Assembly: GCA_020137815.1 (NCBI GenBank)
Contig: CM035356.1
Coordinates: forward strand, 7,936,001-8,000,000
Length of the DNA stretch: 64,000 nt
Source: Hormiphora californensis
Taxonomy: Eukaryota > Animalia > Ctenophora
Direction: 5' to 3'
In this document: positions 25,020-38,916 of the stretch, piece after piece
Position numbering within the stretch: the first letter of the stretch is position 1
Layout: each line of letters opens with the position of its first letter
Notes under the pieces: model-generated
Told to the model about the DNA's origin: nothing
The model's database searches: none
Seen by the model: only the letters and a program-made list of their open reading frames with translations
Position numbers and translations under genes: made by a program

Positions 25020-25500
25020 AGATGGAGATGGGGAGATGGATATGGAGAGATGGAGATGGAGTTGGAGATGGAGAGATGGAGATGAAGAGATGGAGATGGA
25101 AAGATGGAGATGGAGATGTAGATGGAGGTGGAGATGGATAGAGATGGAGATGGAGAGATGGAGATGGAGATGCTGATGGAGATGGAGAAGGATAGATGGA
25201 GATGGAGAGAGATGGAGAGCTGAGGTAAAAGGGCTCAGAGACTGGTTATAAGTTGTTGATTAGTCGCGGTCCAGAGAGAGAGATATATAGAGATATATAG
25301 AGATGGAGATGGGGAGATGGATATGGAGAGATGGAGATGGAGTTGGAGATGGAGAGATGGAGATGAAGAGATGGAGAGATAGAGATGGAGATGGAGATAT
25401 GGAGATTGGGATGGAGAGATGGAGATGGAGAGATGGAAAGATGGAGAGATTGAGAGATGGAGAGATGGAGATGGAGTTGGAGATGGAGATGGAGATGGAA
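25020..25500. repeat. (GGAGAT)n hexamer repeat with a block duplication
   Basis: Seen directly; ~24938-25090 is repeated at ~25218-25370. Confidence 0.9.
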
Positions 25501-26539
25501 GATTAGGCGAGAAATCTAACTTACAAGTTACAGCTTCAGAAGCATCAAAGCAACGATGGTTCTTCCGTATGACATTGTTCCCACACCAAGTACTCGTAAC
25601 ATTCATATCGATTATCGAATCTTTTCTCATCCATCATGACAACTACTTAGAATGATACAGATATTCAGTGTTTAAAGATACCCGGCCCGATAAAGCTACA
25701 CAAATCTTTGGTAACGAAGTTACCCCTCCCTTGCCGGCGCACGAAGCGTGCATTACGAAGGTAGACAGAGTGTGAGGTATCTCCGATACCAACATAACTC
25801 TATAGTCGTAAGATGGCCTGGCAACAAGGTATTGTGTTTAGTGGTAGAGGCTAGAGCGAAGGAATTTGACCAGTCTGCTGTCTGAGCCAGGGCACAACTT
25901 GATGTCAGTGGTCGTTTCTTGCTTTGCCCTTTAACTCTTCTTTGCCATGCTACGAAGTCTGTCCATTCGGCCAGTTAAGCAAGCTACTAAACCGAGCTCA
26001 CGCTTCGGTCCGGAGTGAGAGCTGACTTACTGAGAACATCAAACATTTCTTGTTCGTGAAATAGAGATAGTACAAGAGGTTTGCGACGGGTCTGTGGTCG
26101 ATCGCAAACTCAATTCGAACAAACTGTCTCGAAAAGTAAAAATTTCAAAATTTTCAAAACTTTGAAAAAGAAATTTCAAACGAAAAAAAGTTTGAAAACT
26201 TTTTTAAAACTCGAGAAAATGAGCCTCAATTTGGGAAATCGTGACGTCACTTTTTGAAAACAACCCATCTTTGAACGGTTATTGCTCAGCCTCCTGAAGT
26301 CCAATTAACTCCTCTCAAAAACAGCAAGGTAGATAATTGTCAGATCTAACAGCTAGTGAAAGAATCAAGTCAAACGGACTTCAGGGGCCAAAGTTATAAG
26401 CACCGCCGTTTTTTCGCTCGCAAAGTTATCTTCGACCCAGCCGGGCCCGTCCTGAGCTCAGGCCAAACGCGCGCGCGGCATTCCCTTCAGTCCCCTCGTT
26501 GCGGGGGTGCGCGCATGAGGGGGCTGCAGCGCATTCCAA

Positions 26540-26758
26540 GAATCTGACAAACTTTCTTGCATTCTCACAAAACATCTGAGGTAAAACATCTCTCGCGCGG
26601 CGGAATATGGCGTGATTCCGCGCTCGCGATATCTCACAACACATTTGGAACTCTCGCGCGTTCCATACAAACACTCAGGAAAACTGTGCCACACTCATGG
26701 CACACATCGCACACACACGTTACACACACAAACAAACTATCAGTTCACACCTATCACA
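26540..26758 (-). repeat. 5' LTR, outer portion (219 bp including the TSD)
   Basis: Identical by eye to 2700-2918; followed by TSD TAATA. Confidence 0.95.
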
Positions 26759-26871
26759 TAATAGAAAGCAAAGGCAGCATTTTAGTCGTTTTATTGTATG
26801 ATCAGATCTGTTTCTTGATGAGTTTGAAGCAGGGCAATATGAAGAAATGTAGACCGACCATAGGGTACTTT

Positions 26872-29800
26872 TCATGTCGTTTGAACAGACGTACTAATAG
26901 TCAAATAATGCTGGGGTGCTAAGTGATTGTTGCTAGGGAATGGTTACCATTGGTTACCATGGTTACCTATTGTGATCATTCCAGGACACAGCCTGCCAAG
27001 TGTAGCGTGATGGTCGCACTGTAATTGTGGAGAGAAGAGAATGAGTTACTGGAGCTTTATATTAGTAGAGATATACCTGCAGTACCTTGCAACACAAAGA
27101 GGGGGCAAGATATATCTTGGATATTTGAAAGAAAGTTTTATAAAATAGTTGATTTTTGAAACGCAGGATTAAACCCAGAATGCCATGTGAGTTAAGTTCA
27201 GACTCTTACTATGTCTGTATGTGAGTGTGTGTATAATGTATGTGTCTATGTGTGTACGAACGGACAGGCCCACGATATTAACACGAACCTGAGTCTTACC
27301 GGCCACTTGGAGACCCTCAATACAGATGGAGCATCTGAACTTGTCGTTATACCGGACAGATCCAGTTCCACACTCTTCCTCCCCCTCCTCTGTGTAGTCC
27401 ACTGTCAACCTGGCTCCCCCCGGTCCAGCGGCTGTAGACTGTTGTCCCGTCGCAGCAGCTCGTGTAGTGGCTGTGTGGGGGGAGATGGGGTTAGTGGCTG
27501 TAGACTGTTGTCCCGTCGCAGCAGCTCGTGTAGTGGCTGTGTAGGGGAGATGGGGTTAGTGGCTGTAGACTGTTGTCCCGTCGCAGCAGCTCGTGTAGTG
27601 GCTGAGTGGGGGGAGATGGGGTTAGTGGCTGTAGACTGTTGTCCCGTCGCAGCAGCTCGTGTAGTGGCTGAGTGGGGGGAGATGGGGTTAGTGGATGTAG
27701 ACTGTTGTCCCGTCGCAGCAGCTCGTGTAGTGGCTGAGTATGGGGGAGATGGGGTTAGTGGATGTAGACTGTTGTCCCGTCGCAGCAGCTCGTGTAGTGG
27801 CTGTGTGGGGGAGATGGGGTTAGCGGCTGTAGACTGTTGTCCCGTCGCAGCAGCTCGTGTAGTGGCTGAGTGGGGGAGATGGGGTTAGTGGCTGTAGACT
27901 GTTGTCCCGTCGCAGCAGCTCGTGTAGTGGCTGTGTAGGGGGAGATGGGGTTAGTGGCTGTAGACTGTTGTCCCGTCGCAGCAGCTCGTGTAGTGGCTGA
28001 GTGGGGGAGATGGGGTTAGTGGCTGTAGACTGTTGTCCCGTGGCAGCAGCTCGTGTAGTGGCTGTGTGGGGGAGATGGGGTTAGTGGCTGTAGACTGTTG
28101 TCCCGTGGCAGCAGCTCGTGTAGTGGCTGAGTGGGGGAGATGGGGTTAGTGGCTGTAGACTGTTGTCCCGTGGCAGCAGCTCGTGTAGTGGCTGAGTGGG
28201 GGAGATGGGGTTAGTGGATGTAGACTGTTGTCCCGTCGCAGCAGCTCGTGTAGTGGCTGAGTGGGGGAGATGGGGTTAGTGGCTGTAGACTGTTGTCCCG
28301 TCGCAGCAGCTCGTGTAGGGGCTGTGTGGGGGAGATGGGGTTAGTGGCTGTAGACTGTTGTCCCGTCGCAGCAGCTCGTGTAGTGGCTGAGTGGGGGAGA
28401 TGGGGTTAGTGGCTGTAGACTGTTGTCCCGTCGCAGCAGCTCGTGTAGTGGCTGAGTGGGGGAGATGGGGTTAGTGGCTGTAGACTGTTGTCCCGTCGCA
28501 GCAGCTCGTGTAGTGGCTGAGTGGGGGAGATGGGGTTAGTGGATGTAGACTGTTGTCCCGTCGCAGCAGCTCGTGTAGTGGCTGTGTGGGGGAGATGGGG
28601 TTAGTGGCTGTAGACTGTTGTCCCGTGGCAGCAGCTCGTGTAGTGGCTGAGTGGGGGAGATGGGGTTAGTGGCTGTAGACTGTTGTCCCGTCGCAGCAGC
28701 TCGTGTAGTGGCTGTGTGGGGGAGATGGGGTTAGTGGCTGTAGACTGTTGTCCCGTCGCAGCAGCTCGTGTAGTGGCTGAGTGGGGGAGATGGGGTTAGT
28801 GGCTGTAGACTGTTGTCCCGTCGCAGCAGCTCGTGTAGTGGCTGAGTGGGGGAGATGGGGTTAGTGGATGTAGACTGTTGTCCCGTGGCAGCAGCTCGTG
28901 TAGTGGCTGAGTATGGGGGAGATGGGGTTAGTGGCTGTAGACTGTTGTCCCGTGGCAGCAGCTCGTGTAGTGGCTGAGTGGGGGAGATGGGGTTAGCGGC
29001 TGTAGACTGTTGTCCCGTCGCAGCAGCTCGTGTAGTGGCTGAGTGGGGGAGATGGGGTTAGTGGCTGTAGACTGTTGTCCCGTCGCAGCAGCTCGTGTAG
29101 TGGCTGAGTGGGGGAGATGGGGTTAGTGGCTGTAGACTGTTGTCCCGTCGCAGCAGCTCGTGTAGTGGCTGAGTGGGGGAGATGGGGTTAGTGGCTGTAG
29201 ACTGTTGTCCCGTCGCAGCAGCTCGTGTAGTGGCTGAGTGGGGGAGATGGGGTTAGTGGCTGTAGACTGTTGTCCCGTGGCAGCAGCTCGTGTAGTGGCT
29301 GAGTGGGGGAGATGGGGTTAGTGGCTGTAGACTGTTGTCCCGTGGCAGCAGCTCGTGTAGTGGCTGAGTGGGGGAGATGGGGTTAGTGGCTGTAGACTGT
29401 TGTCCCGTCGCAGCAGCTCGTGTAGTGGCTGAGTGGGGGAGATGGGGTTAGTGGCTGTAGACTGTTGTCCCGTCGCAGCAGCTCGTGTAGTGGCTGAGTG
29501 GGGGAGATGGGGTTAGTGGCTGTAGACTGTTGTCCCGTGGCAGCAGCTCGTGTAGTGGCTGAGTGGGGGAGATGGGGTTAGTGGATGTAGACTGTTGTCC
29601 CGTCGCAGCAGGTCGTGTAGGGGCTGAGTGGGGGAGATGGGGTTAGTGGATGTAGACTGTTGTCCCGTCGCAGCAGCTCGTGTAGTGGCTGTGTAGGGGG
29701 AGATGGGGTTAGTGGCTGTAGACTGTTGTCCCGTGGCAGCAGCTCGTGTAGTGGCTGAGTATGGGGGAGATGGGGTTAGTGGCTGTAGACTGTTGTCCCG

Positions 29801-32800
29801 TGGCAGCAGCTCGTGTAGTGGCTGTGTGGGGGAGATGGGGTTAGTGGCTGTAGACTGTTGTCCCGTCGCAGCAGCTCGTGTAGTGGCTGTGTGGGGGAGA
29901 TGGGGTTAGTGGCTGTAGACTGTTGTCCCGTCGCAGCAGCTCGTGTAGTGGCTGAGTGGGGGAGATGATATCAGTTTAGTGGCTGTATGGGGGAGATGGA
30001 ACGTGAGTTTAGAGTGTCCCCATCTACGTAAAACAGTGAAAGGCTAGCCGTCCTAATCAGTGGTGTAAACGCTGTGTGTCAATTTCAGCTATTGTCTTCA
30101 TTCGATAATCACAGTTGTGCAGCCTGCAGACTCTCTCACTCTGCACTCAGTACAGGTACTGACTTCAGTACACACATATAATGAGTAACATTGTACCATT
30201 GTAGTAACTAACTTTTTTTTTTGGGTCAATTAGCCACACGCTGAGCAAACCTCATACCACCCGGGTATGGGTAACTATGGCGCTAAGTAGTAACTAACAT
30301 GTTGTATGTACCATTTTGTAACTGACCTACTCGTTTATGAGTGTATCTAGGCGTCCTGGCTGGATGTAGCACCCCCGATCCGTTCGTTCTCCCTCCTCCC
30401 CGGTTCCGCTGACTCTGTTCCACTTGCTTACTGCAAAGTTATTTTAGCAAAGTTATATTATAGCACAAAGTTGTCTGAGCTAGAAACTGAACCACTAAAC
30501 CCAAATGTGTGTTCAAAAGTTCGATCTGGGAGACAAAGTGGCTGGTATTATAAAACTGTGAATTATTACCTTGTATTGTAGTTGTTCATGTGGCTGCTGA
30601 TCCTCCGTGCAGGAACATACGTCACATTGGGGTCCATTCCATAGGTCGCCAGGTTCATGTGTGTTGCCTCATTTTGACTCAAAATGCTCCATGTAACCTG
30701 TTGAGAAAGGATTTCCAGTGAGGCTGAGATGGGGGTCATGGTCATGGTAGTTGGGGGTGGTATGGTACTCGTTCTCAATTTAGAGACAGAGAGGAAGATA
30801 GAAAGATACAGAGGGAGGAGAGGATGGTATAGTGTCTCGGCCACACTAACTGGTAGTTTATCCTCACTGCTCAGACTCCTTCCCCTTGAGGCCGGGTCCT
30901 GGAGATCAGGGTTTGTGACGGGCAGTTCCATCGCACTTACTATCTGCAAGAAACTTATTAAGTTAACTAAAGCGGAATTTACATAATCTGCAGAAATGTT
31001 GTCTAGACTAGTTGACTACATCCTTCCAATTCCCTCTTTTTTTAACATGCGTGTCTTGTAGTTGTAGTGGATTGTGAGTGAACCACATAACTAGAAAATA
31101 CCCCTACCCCTCTCTGTTCTCATACCCCTCTCTGTTCTCATTTTCTCTCTAGTACTAGACATCTCTACCTGACCACTCTCTTCGCTATGTGTACCTCTAG
31201 ACCTCTCTACCTGACCACTCTCTTCGCTATGTGTACCTCTAGACCTCTCTCTACCTGACCACTCTCTTCGCTATGTGTACCTCTATACCTCTAGACCTCT
31301 CTAGTACACTGAGTTCCAACCTGAGGGGAGGCAACAGTTTCCAGTCCTCCCCGCTGTAGATTGCTATACGCTTTCTTCCTATACAGACAGTTTGCAGGTT
31401 TTCGATCCGCCCATTTTCGTATCCTTTCCTGTTGAAATAAAACGGTTTTTTGTAATAAATAATGAATTATGAACATAAACTCACAATAAAATTCTCAAAT
31501 CAAAATGCGGGCCTTACGGAACAAAACGTCCTGTATACATATTCGCAAAGAAAACATTTCCTACTATTCTAACCACAGGTGCCAGAAAGACACACTGCAT
31601 GCACTACAGAGTGTTACTTTTCACTCTAGATTCTCCTGTACACCCCCCCCCCCCCCCCCCCCCCCCCGGGGCACCCCCTTACTTCTTGTTTACATTACTC
31701 TGTTTTTCTTTGAACCACCTTAAAGGTTGACAAGATACCTAAAACTTTTCGTATATCGTCTTATTTTGATTTATCATTAATTTTCAGCATTTTTTCAGAA
31801 TTTTTTGTCGGCTAGAAAAAAATTCGAAATAGGGGGTCTACCGATATTGTCAGCACTGGTTTTACTGGGCACACTCACTGCGTCTCGCAAATTGAAATTC
31901 ACGTTTCCGGTTCCTCAAAAGATAGCTACTTGATCTTGGTTGCGTTGGATTGGTCTCAATAAGACCTTTCCAACGCTACCAAAACGGTTTCTGTATCTCA
32001 TCAGGAACCGGAGATATTACGGTATCAATTTTTAAATTGCGCCTCTCGTTTATCAGTAGACCCCCTATTTTGCACATATTTCTAGCCGACAAAAAATTCT
32101 GAAAAAATGCTGAAAATTAATGATAAATCAAAATAAGACGATATACGAAAAGTTTTAGGTATCTTGTCAACCTTTAATATTAGTAGTAGTGCAGCTGTTG
32201 TATAGGACTACTGCAATCCCTTCATTTTGCCTTATCGAACGCGAGGAATGCATGAATCATAACTAAATAGATAGTTATGCTGTGAGAGACCAGAGACCGG
32301 CTGAGGTTGAGAACGTCAAATTCGGTGAAGAGAATTGTAGTTTATGGTGTTTAGCTGATATATATGGCTATTAGATGTTAGTTACCTGTAAATGTCGAAC
32401 TATCGTTGAATTGTCCACCGGCTGAGTTTGCCTGATAGTTTTCTTCAAATCCACTTGCATCTTTTGCGGGCTAGTTAGAGTTAGAGTTAGTATTCATTGC
32501 ACAGCTACAATGATGTAGTTTATATGGAATTGTTCTTACCGCTCTTTTCTCCAGGTATCTAGGGTAGGGCCTGACATTCTCCCAGCCAACTGCTGTGAGA
32601 TCATGGGTCCGGGAGATAACAATCTCAGCCCATGCCTCTTCTCTCTTCTCCGAGAACTCTAAGGGGGTTGACAGGGATCATCTTGAATGCACCAGAACAA
32701 GAAAATTAATTAGGTTTTTTGGCAACGCATTCCCGAACTTCAATTAATTTGAACCCCATAATGTCTAGCTTTTTTGGCAAGATGACGAGCCAGGACTGGA

Positions 32801-33062
32801 AAGTTTCCAACGCAACCCAAATTTTGAGATTTCATATTCTAATAGTCTGGTCTTTAAAACTGATATTCTAATCATGTCCAAATCTCCTTCCCTCCCCTAA
32901 CTATTTGTCATGTTAGCACAACATACCTAAGAGGCGCTCCTGGAGCCGTTTGTCTTGGCGTCTGGTTGTGAAGGTGCAATCTGGGTTACGGTTGGGTGCT
33001 AGGGTATCTCTTATATCGTCTAATATCAACTCAACTTCTTTGTCGTGTGATTTCAAAACCAT
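26872..33062 (-). CDS. Unidentified multi-exon host gene
   Basis: Open GT-AG exons with mostly compatible phases: MVLKSHDKEVEL..(33062-32927), EFSEKREEAW.., PAKDASGFEE.., ERIRKWADRK.., IVSAMELPV.., VTWSILSQ.., 30430-30327, 27470-27300 (TTRAAATG..CSICIEGLQVA), RPSRYTWQAV.. Some junctions and the 3' end are unresolved; no domain recognised. Confidence 0.5.
27430..29966. repeat. 65-bp tandem array (~39 copies) derived from an intron-exon junction
   Basis: Unit TTAGTGGCTGTAGACTGTTGTCCCGTCGCAGCAGCTCGTGTAGTGGCTGAGTGGGGGAGATGGGG with recurrent point variants; no unique spacers. Confidence 0.95.
31724..32173. mobile_element. Kolobok-like non-autonomous element (TTAA TSD)
   Basis: TTAA|AGGTTGACAAGATACC...GGTATCTTGTCAACCT|TTAA, with ~95-bp perfect TIRs. 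Confidence 0.85.
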
Positions 33063-33445
33063 TGGGCCGCATGTGGAACTGTACGCTTCTTACGACATAT
33101 TTGAATCACTAGATTTAGGTGCTATACTTTAGGGTATTTTTATTGCTCATTTAATTTTAGCTTGTTATGTCAGCGACCACTAAAACGATCATATTTTTAT
33201 AAAGCTCGTATTTTGTAGACTACATCAATAATTGGGCGGTAAATTGGAGGGGTTTATAGTCCAATCAAGTTAGAAGTTAGAACTTATATCGGTTATACAA
33301 AAAAAAAGCTTTTTAAAATCAAAACGACTTGAAATAACTTTATACACGGTTGAATTGTTTAGTTGTGTATGTTGATTGTTATACTGCAAACAGCGTACTA
33401 TCACACTCAACAACTACGCGATGCTTCTGTTTCAGAAAACACTAA

Positions 33446-33558
<113 letters not shown>

Positions 33559-34859
33559 GTGCCTTGCTTTATAGTTTACATGCGAATCTAGCAAGCACAG
33601 GCTCAAGAACGACTGGATCTCCGCGTGCGTGTAGAGGAGAGAGATTGAAACAAAAGAGAGGGAGAGTTGAAAAGAGAGAGAAGGAGAAAGAGAGGGATGG
33701 AGAGAGAGATAAGAGAGTCTGAGAGAGAGAGAGAGTGGAGGGTGAAAAAAAGACTGTCCTAATCCTATAGAGATACTCAAATATGAGTACACACCATTGG
33801 TGCACGGTTTGCAGGACACTGGACAAGATTATAAAATGTCTGAACGAATGGAAAGATGAAAGCAGCAATTCAAAAGATTCGAAATAATAGTTGACACCTC
33901 AATCGATCTACATAGTATTAGGATTTAGGAACACCTGTTCTTTGTATGCAAATAGAAAACAAATCTTTTAGACTCATCTAATTCTAATATCAATATCATG
34001 AGCCATGTATAAGGGGCTCATATTGAGCTAGTAGTCCACAAATATAATGATTGTCGGTATAATTGGTCACTGTATATATAATCAACAATTCTCTTATCAC
34101 GGGGGCGAGAAGTGGGGCTCCTGAATGAATATTATGTGGTTAATGAACGTGTGCATGTACAATTCAGTTAGTCATGGACCACCGAATGACAACATTCCAT
34201 GACGAAATGTCATATCTTAATGGCGTTTATTGCCGCCCTTTCATTAAAAAACTTAATTTGTTAATTGGGAGGACGACTACTGGGCCGGGTTTCCTTAAAA
34301 TTGTATTGCTCCCGAAAAAGATAACCCTTGAATCTACTCCTATCATTACTCATAGTAGCCCAAAAACTACCTACCTACGTCACACAATATGTACTTTTAG
34401 AATTCTTCCTAAAACACAAGAGGACAAAATAGTAAATCGAGTAACTAGAGCTCTCTCCTATATTTTACTAGCGGTCAAGTGTAGAAGCAGCACGGTAATT
34501 CTGAAATGTGATATTGTAGTAACCATCTAGGGGGCTTTCCCACGTGGACAGTTTTTCCAACCCGGAATTTAATTTGGGGAAACTGGGTCATGTGTGGCTG
34601 ATTGAAAGTCAACACAAATCAAATACTCGGACGAAACACTACGAATACATCGTTATCATAGCGCTGGCAAGCGCCCGGGGCCCAATCCTCCCTCCCCCAA
34701 CCATCCTTTCCTTAAAAGTGTCCATTTTCCAAGCATTCTTGCTTCCAGTGAATGGAAAATCGAAATTGCGAAAAAAAAAATTTTTGAATTTTTTGAAAAT
34801 TTTTGAAAATTTTGACAGCGCTACTATACTTATTGTCTGAAATCGGCAATTTCAACTCT

Positions 34860-35990
34860 GTTTTAGACAACCTTCCCGTTGTCTTACGAACTTGCCGCTT
34901 GGTAGTTCGTGTTGCCTTGACACCTAGAGCACACGTTTAAAATTTCATGCAAATCGGAGTTACGGTTTTTACGTTACAGAGGGTCGTATTTTAGACAAAA
35001 TGTCCGTTTTTCGCGTCACGAACGACCGTAAAGTAACGACTTTTTTGCGTAGTTAATAGAGGCCAGAGTTTTAAAGCTATCACCATGAGGCATGAAACTT
35101 TGGGAGTCGGTAGGTCTAGTGGTGTACCTTGTATTAAAGCTTGGACAGAGAAAACGGACAGTCATAACAAAAGTTATGACTGTCTTAAGTTTTCTTTGGC
35201 GTCTAAGACAGCCTTCCCGTCGTTCTACGAATACGCCGCTTGGTACGTAATGTTGTCTCGAGATCTTGAACACACGATCAAAATTTCAAGCAAATCCGAG
35301 TTACGGTTCTTCAGTTACGGGCATCTGACTGTATTAAGATTTAAGACGATTTTCAAAAATCCTAGAAAAGAGCAAATTAAACTATAAATCATGATTTTAT
35401 CACATATATTTTGCCAACGTAGGTCAACTGCTGTATTTTCAGATATAATTAGAAACCATATCTAGATTTATGACTGTCTTAAATTTAAGACGATTTTAAA
35501 AACGCCTAGAAAGAAGCGTTTCAGAGTCTAAATTAACATTGAATCAGATTTATTTTATAAAATAAGGTTTACTGCCGCATTTTCAGTTATAATGGGTAGT
35601 CATATCTAGAGTTATGACTGTCTTAAATATAAGACGATTTTTAAAAAAACGAGAAAAGAGCGAATTAGCATCTAGAACCTGATTGTATCAGATATATTTG
35701 ATTATCAATGCTTATCCGTGATCGTTATCCGTAACTAATAATCAAAATCAGAAAATAATCGTGGAGAACCAATCGCGGATATCAATCGCTGATAACTAAT
35801 AAATCATAGTAATCGCGGATAACTAACCACGACAACTCATCGCGAATGAGTAATATGATAGTTACCAATCGCGGATAGCTAATCGCAAATATGGGCGCTA
35901 ATCGCGATAGCTAATCGCAATAATTAATCGCGATTCGTGATCAGTTATCCGCGATTGGTTGTCCGCAATTACTATCATATTCGTTATTCA
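34860..35990. repeat. Degenerate tandem sub-repeats, probably from a decayed DNA transposon
   Basis: Recurring TTATGACTGTCTTAAATTTAAGACGATTTT-like blocks and AATCGCGGATA-like repeats; no clear termini. Confidence 0.4.
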
Positions 35991-36090
35991 CAATTGATAT
36001 CCGAGATTGGATATCTGCGATTGAAAAAGTCCGTGAATCCTCAATCCACGTTTATCAAACTCAGCTAAGTAGTATAACAAAATGCCTGAT

Positions 36091-36534
36091 ACTAGATCCA
36101 AAAACCAAACAAGTTTGGTGGATAGCCGGGGCCGCAGAAATTTAAAAACATGCGAAAGTTTTGATACATGAACTTTCGGGGCCTGGGGTGCTGTTAAATT
36201 CGCGTTTCCATGATAGTCAGCCGTTCTTTCAAAACACACTATTTTTCTGTACAACAGACTCTGAAACGACCCACTGTGTGCACTGTGCAGTATATTATAC
36301 GTGATATGTGTGGAGCTGTATGTATGATAATGTGGAATCAAAAATAATGATAACTTGCAATCATTGCGATAGTTTTCCTGGCGTATAGTTTGAAAATGTT
36401 GCTGGTTTTAATCATGGAAACACGAATTTAACAGCACCCCAGGCCCCGAAAGTTCATGTATCAAAACTTTCGCATGTTTTTAAATTTCTGCGGCCCCGGC
36501 TATCCACCAAACTTGTTTGGTTTTTGGATCTAGT
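36091..36534. mobile_element. Foldback/MITE with ~120-bp near-perfect TIRs
   Basis: ACTAGATCCAAAAACCAAAC...GTTTGGTTTTTGGATCTAGT; no TSD recognisable. Confidence 0.75.
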
Positions 36535-37696
36535 CATTGCCAACAGCTTTCTCACAGAGATGAATAAAGATGGTACAAAGGCTTGAAACCATTTTACTGA
36601 TCAGGTATTCATTTTACTTTTAGCCTTTCAAAGGATAATATCAACATGTCCAGTCTCCTCCACTAAACATTTTGCTACTTTTATTTCTAAGAAAGTGTGG
36701 TTTAATTCTGTGCAGCTTTGCTGAGTTACTCAACAAGTGCAGCTTGTTTTGTGCCTCTACTAACAGCTACAGCATTGTGAGCTCGAGCTCTATTTTCCAC
36801 CTTTTGTCCTCGTTTATGTTTGAAGTTCCAACTTCCGGGGGGCCCTGGAACTGGTCTGATGCATTATAGACTCATCCTCCGCAGACACACAGTACTATAT
36901 TTAGCTGCACCGTGATTGTAGCAACAATGGAATTAAAGGACTTACTTTTTGTGTGTTTTGAAATAGTGTCAACTGTTCGGGACAACTCTTTACAGTTTTA
37001 AGACTTCATAGAGTAGGAGATTGGCTTTGATAATGCTGATAATGGAATTTGTAGTCGCTTCTGCTTAGATATACCCCACAGCACTATCACGCACCACCAT
37101 CCCAACATTTATGTGGACTTCTGACCAACTTCACCCCATTAGAACCTGTCAATCTGCAGCCCCACAGTAGAGAGGTCGTAGTGAGGCATCATAGTGAGTT
37201 AAATGATCACGGATCACTTCCCCTTGATTCTGACATATCAAGTTGTGGGGTGTTGTTCTCTATACTCGCCTTTGTCCTTCGAACCTCCAAACCCTACCAG
37301 AATTACGTCATGTCCACCACCAACAGGATACAGCCTGTAAGTTGGGTATATCTGTGTCAATTGGTGTTATTCAGTTGTTGCTGAGGTGTCTCCGTCGTCA
37401 AGTCCGTTGTCTTGCTCGGGCTGGGTTATCGTTCAAAATTCAAATTCATGATTGTTCTTCGTCGTAGCCCGCTGATATTAAAAAACTCATGTGTACTCAT
37501 ATATTCATAAATCACTTCAAAAAAAGCCCAAATGCCCAGCTTGACAAGTTATATTGAGCTGAGTGACACGAGTCTTCTTGAAGTAACATAAAGTTACTCA
37601 CTACCCCTGACCCCTCTAGGTCAGCTGACTTTTTGACACCGAGCTCTGCTGTTCACGGCTGACGTATACGAGCTCTTATTAAAAAGCATACTACTA

Positions 37697-38916
37697 CCGC
37701 GTGGCCCAAATTAAAGGGAGGGTACGTTGGCCTTCTTTTCACCCAGAAGTTTAATTTCAATCACTCTGATATTTTGACACAATGTCTGCATGGTTACTCA
37801 TTCGAGGAATCCGAAGTTTCAAATTATAAAAGTTGAAAGTTCATTAATGAACTCAATTTTTCGTTTTTCGGGTTTTTGGAGGTTTTCTCTTGATTAAATT
37901 CGATTTTATTATTTTACAGACCGCCATACAATAGAGCAAGTATCAACAAATGGCAATCTGCATTTTTATTAAAATTGAATCAAGTTTAGTGGGTGAAATA
38001 AGTTATTTAAAAATGATAATTTTCACCAAACATCGATTTTGACCTGTTTTGACCAGAAATCGGTAAATTCAGGCGCTAAAAATCTGTACGGCCACTACAC
38101 TTGATCAATTTTGATGTTAGCCGGAATTTAAGCTCTCTATCTTAAAATTCATTTTTCCGACTGGAATGAATCCTGAATGAACTTGAAAACAGGAATGCTT
38201 TTTGGAACCGGAATTTCACAGTCGCCTTCGGGTATCGATTTCCTTTCAAACGCGACTAATTTGAGCTCAATTGGACCACCACTTGGGTACGGTGCACCCT
38301 CTCTAACTAAACGTAGCGCGCGCGATAACATGACACTGAGAGAGACAGCGCAGGAGGATAGAAGAAAGAGGGGATATCATACCCAAGACCACCACAAGAG
38401 ACACAGTGTCTAGTTATCTAACCCTAGGTTTGGTCATCTGACACCTAATGAGACGATAGCGTCATTACTACGTGCCAATAAGCAGGTGTAACGGTCGAGT
38501 ATCACGTATCACGTCTGCTAATGAGGATGGTGTACCGATACAGCATCCGTTAAAATGTAAGCTCTCTTGCTAACACGTCATAATTTGATGGGGATCGCAT
38601 GACTTACCCTAGGCTTAGAAAACGGATCACTGTGATTCTTGTGGTGATCCAATTAAGCTCAAACTGGTCCCATTCGAAAGGAAATCGATAGCCAAACAAA
38701 TTTGTGAAATTTTGGTACCGAAATATGGTCCCATATTGGTGTTCATTCAAAGTTCATTCGGTCGAAAAAAATGAACTTTTATCCAGAGGGCTGAAAATTC
38801 GGATTCCTCGAATGAGTAACCATGCAGACATTGTGTCAAAATATCAGAGTGATTGAAATTAAACTTCTGGGTGAAAAGAAGGCCAACGTACCCTCCCTTT
38901 AATTTGGGCCACGCGG
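37697..38916. mobile_element. Tc1/mariner-like non-autonomous element (1.2 kb)
   Basis: TA|CCGCGTGGCCCAAATTAAAGGGAGGGTACG...CGTACCCTCCCTTTAATTTGGGCCACGCGG|TA, with ~120-bp TIRs and no transposase ORF. Confidence 0.85.

Noticed and set aside
27430-29966. CRISPR array or micro-exon array
   Set aside because: There are no unique spacers and the context is eukaryotic; the only internal GT (GTCTAC) is a poor donor and would give 31-nt frame-breaking micro-exons.
36540-37480. Possible minus-strand gene between two MITEs
   Set aside because: Coding-like composition, but all frames tried were interrupted and no motif was recognised.
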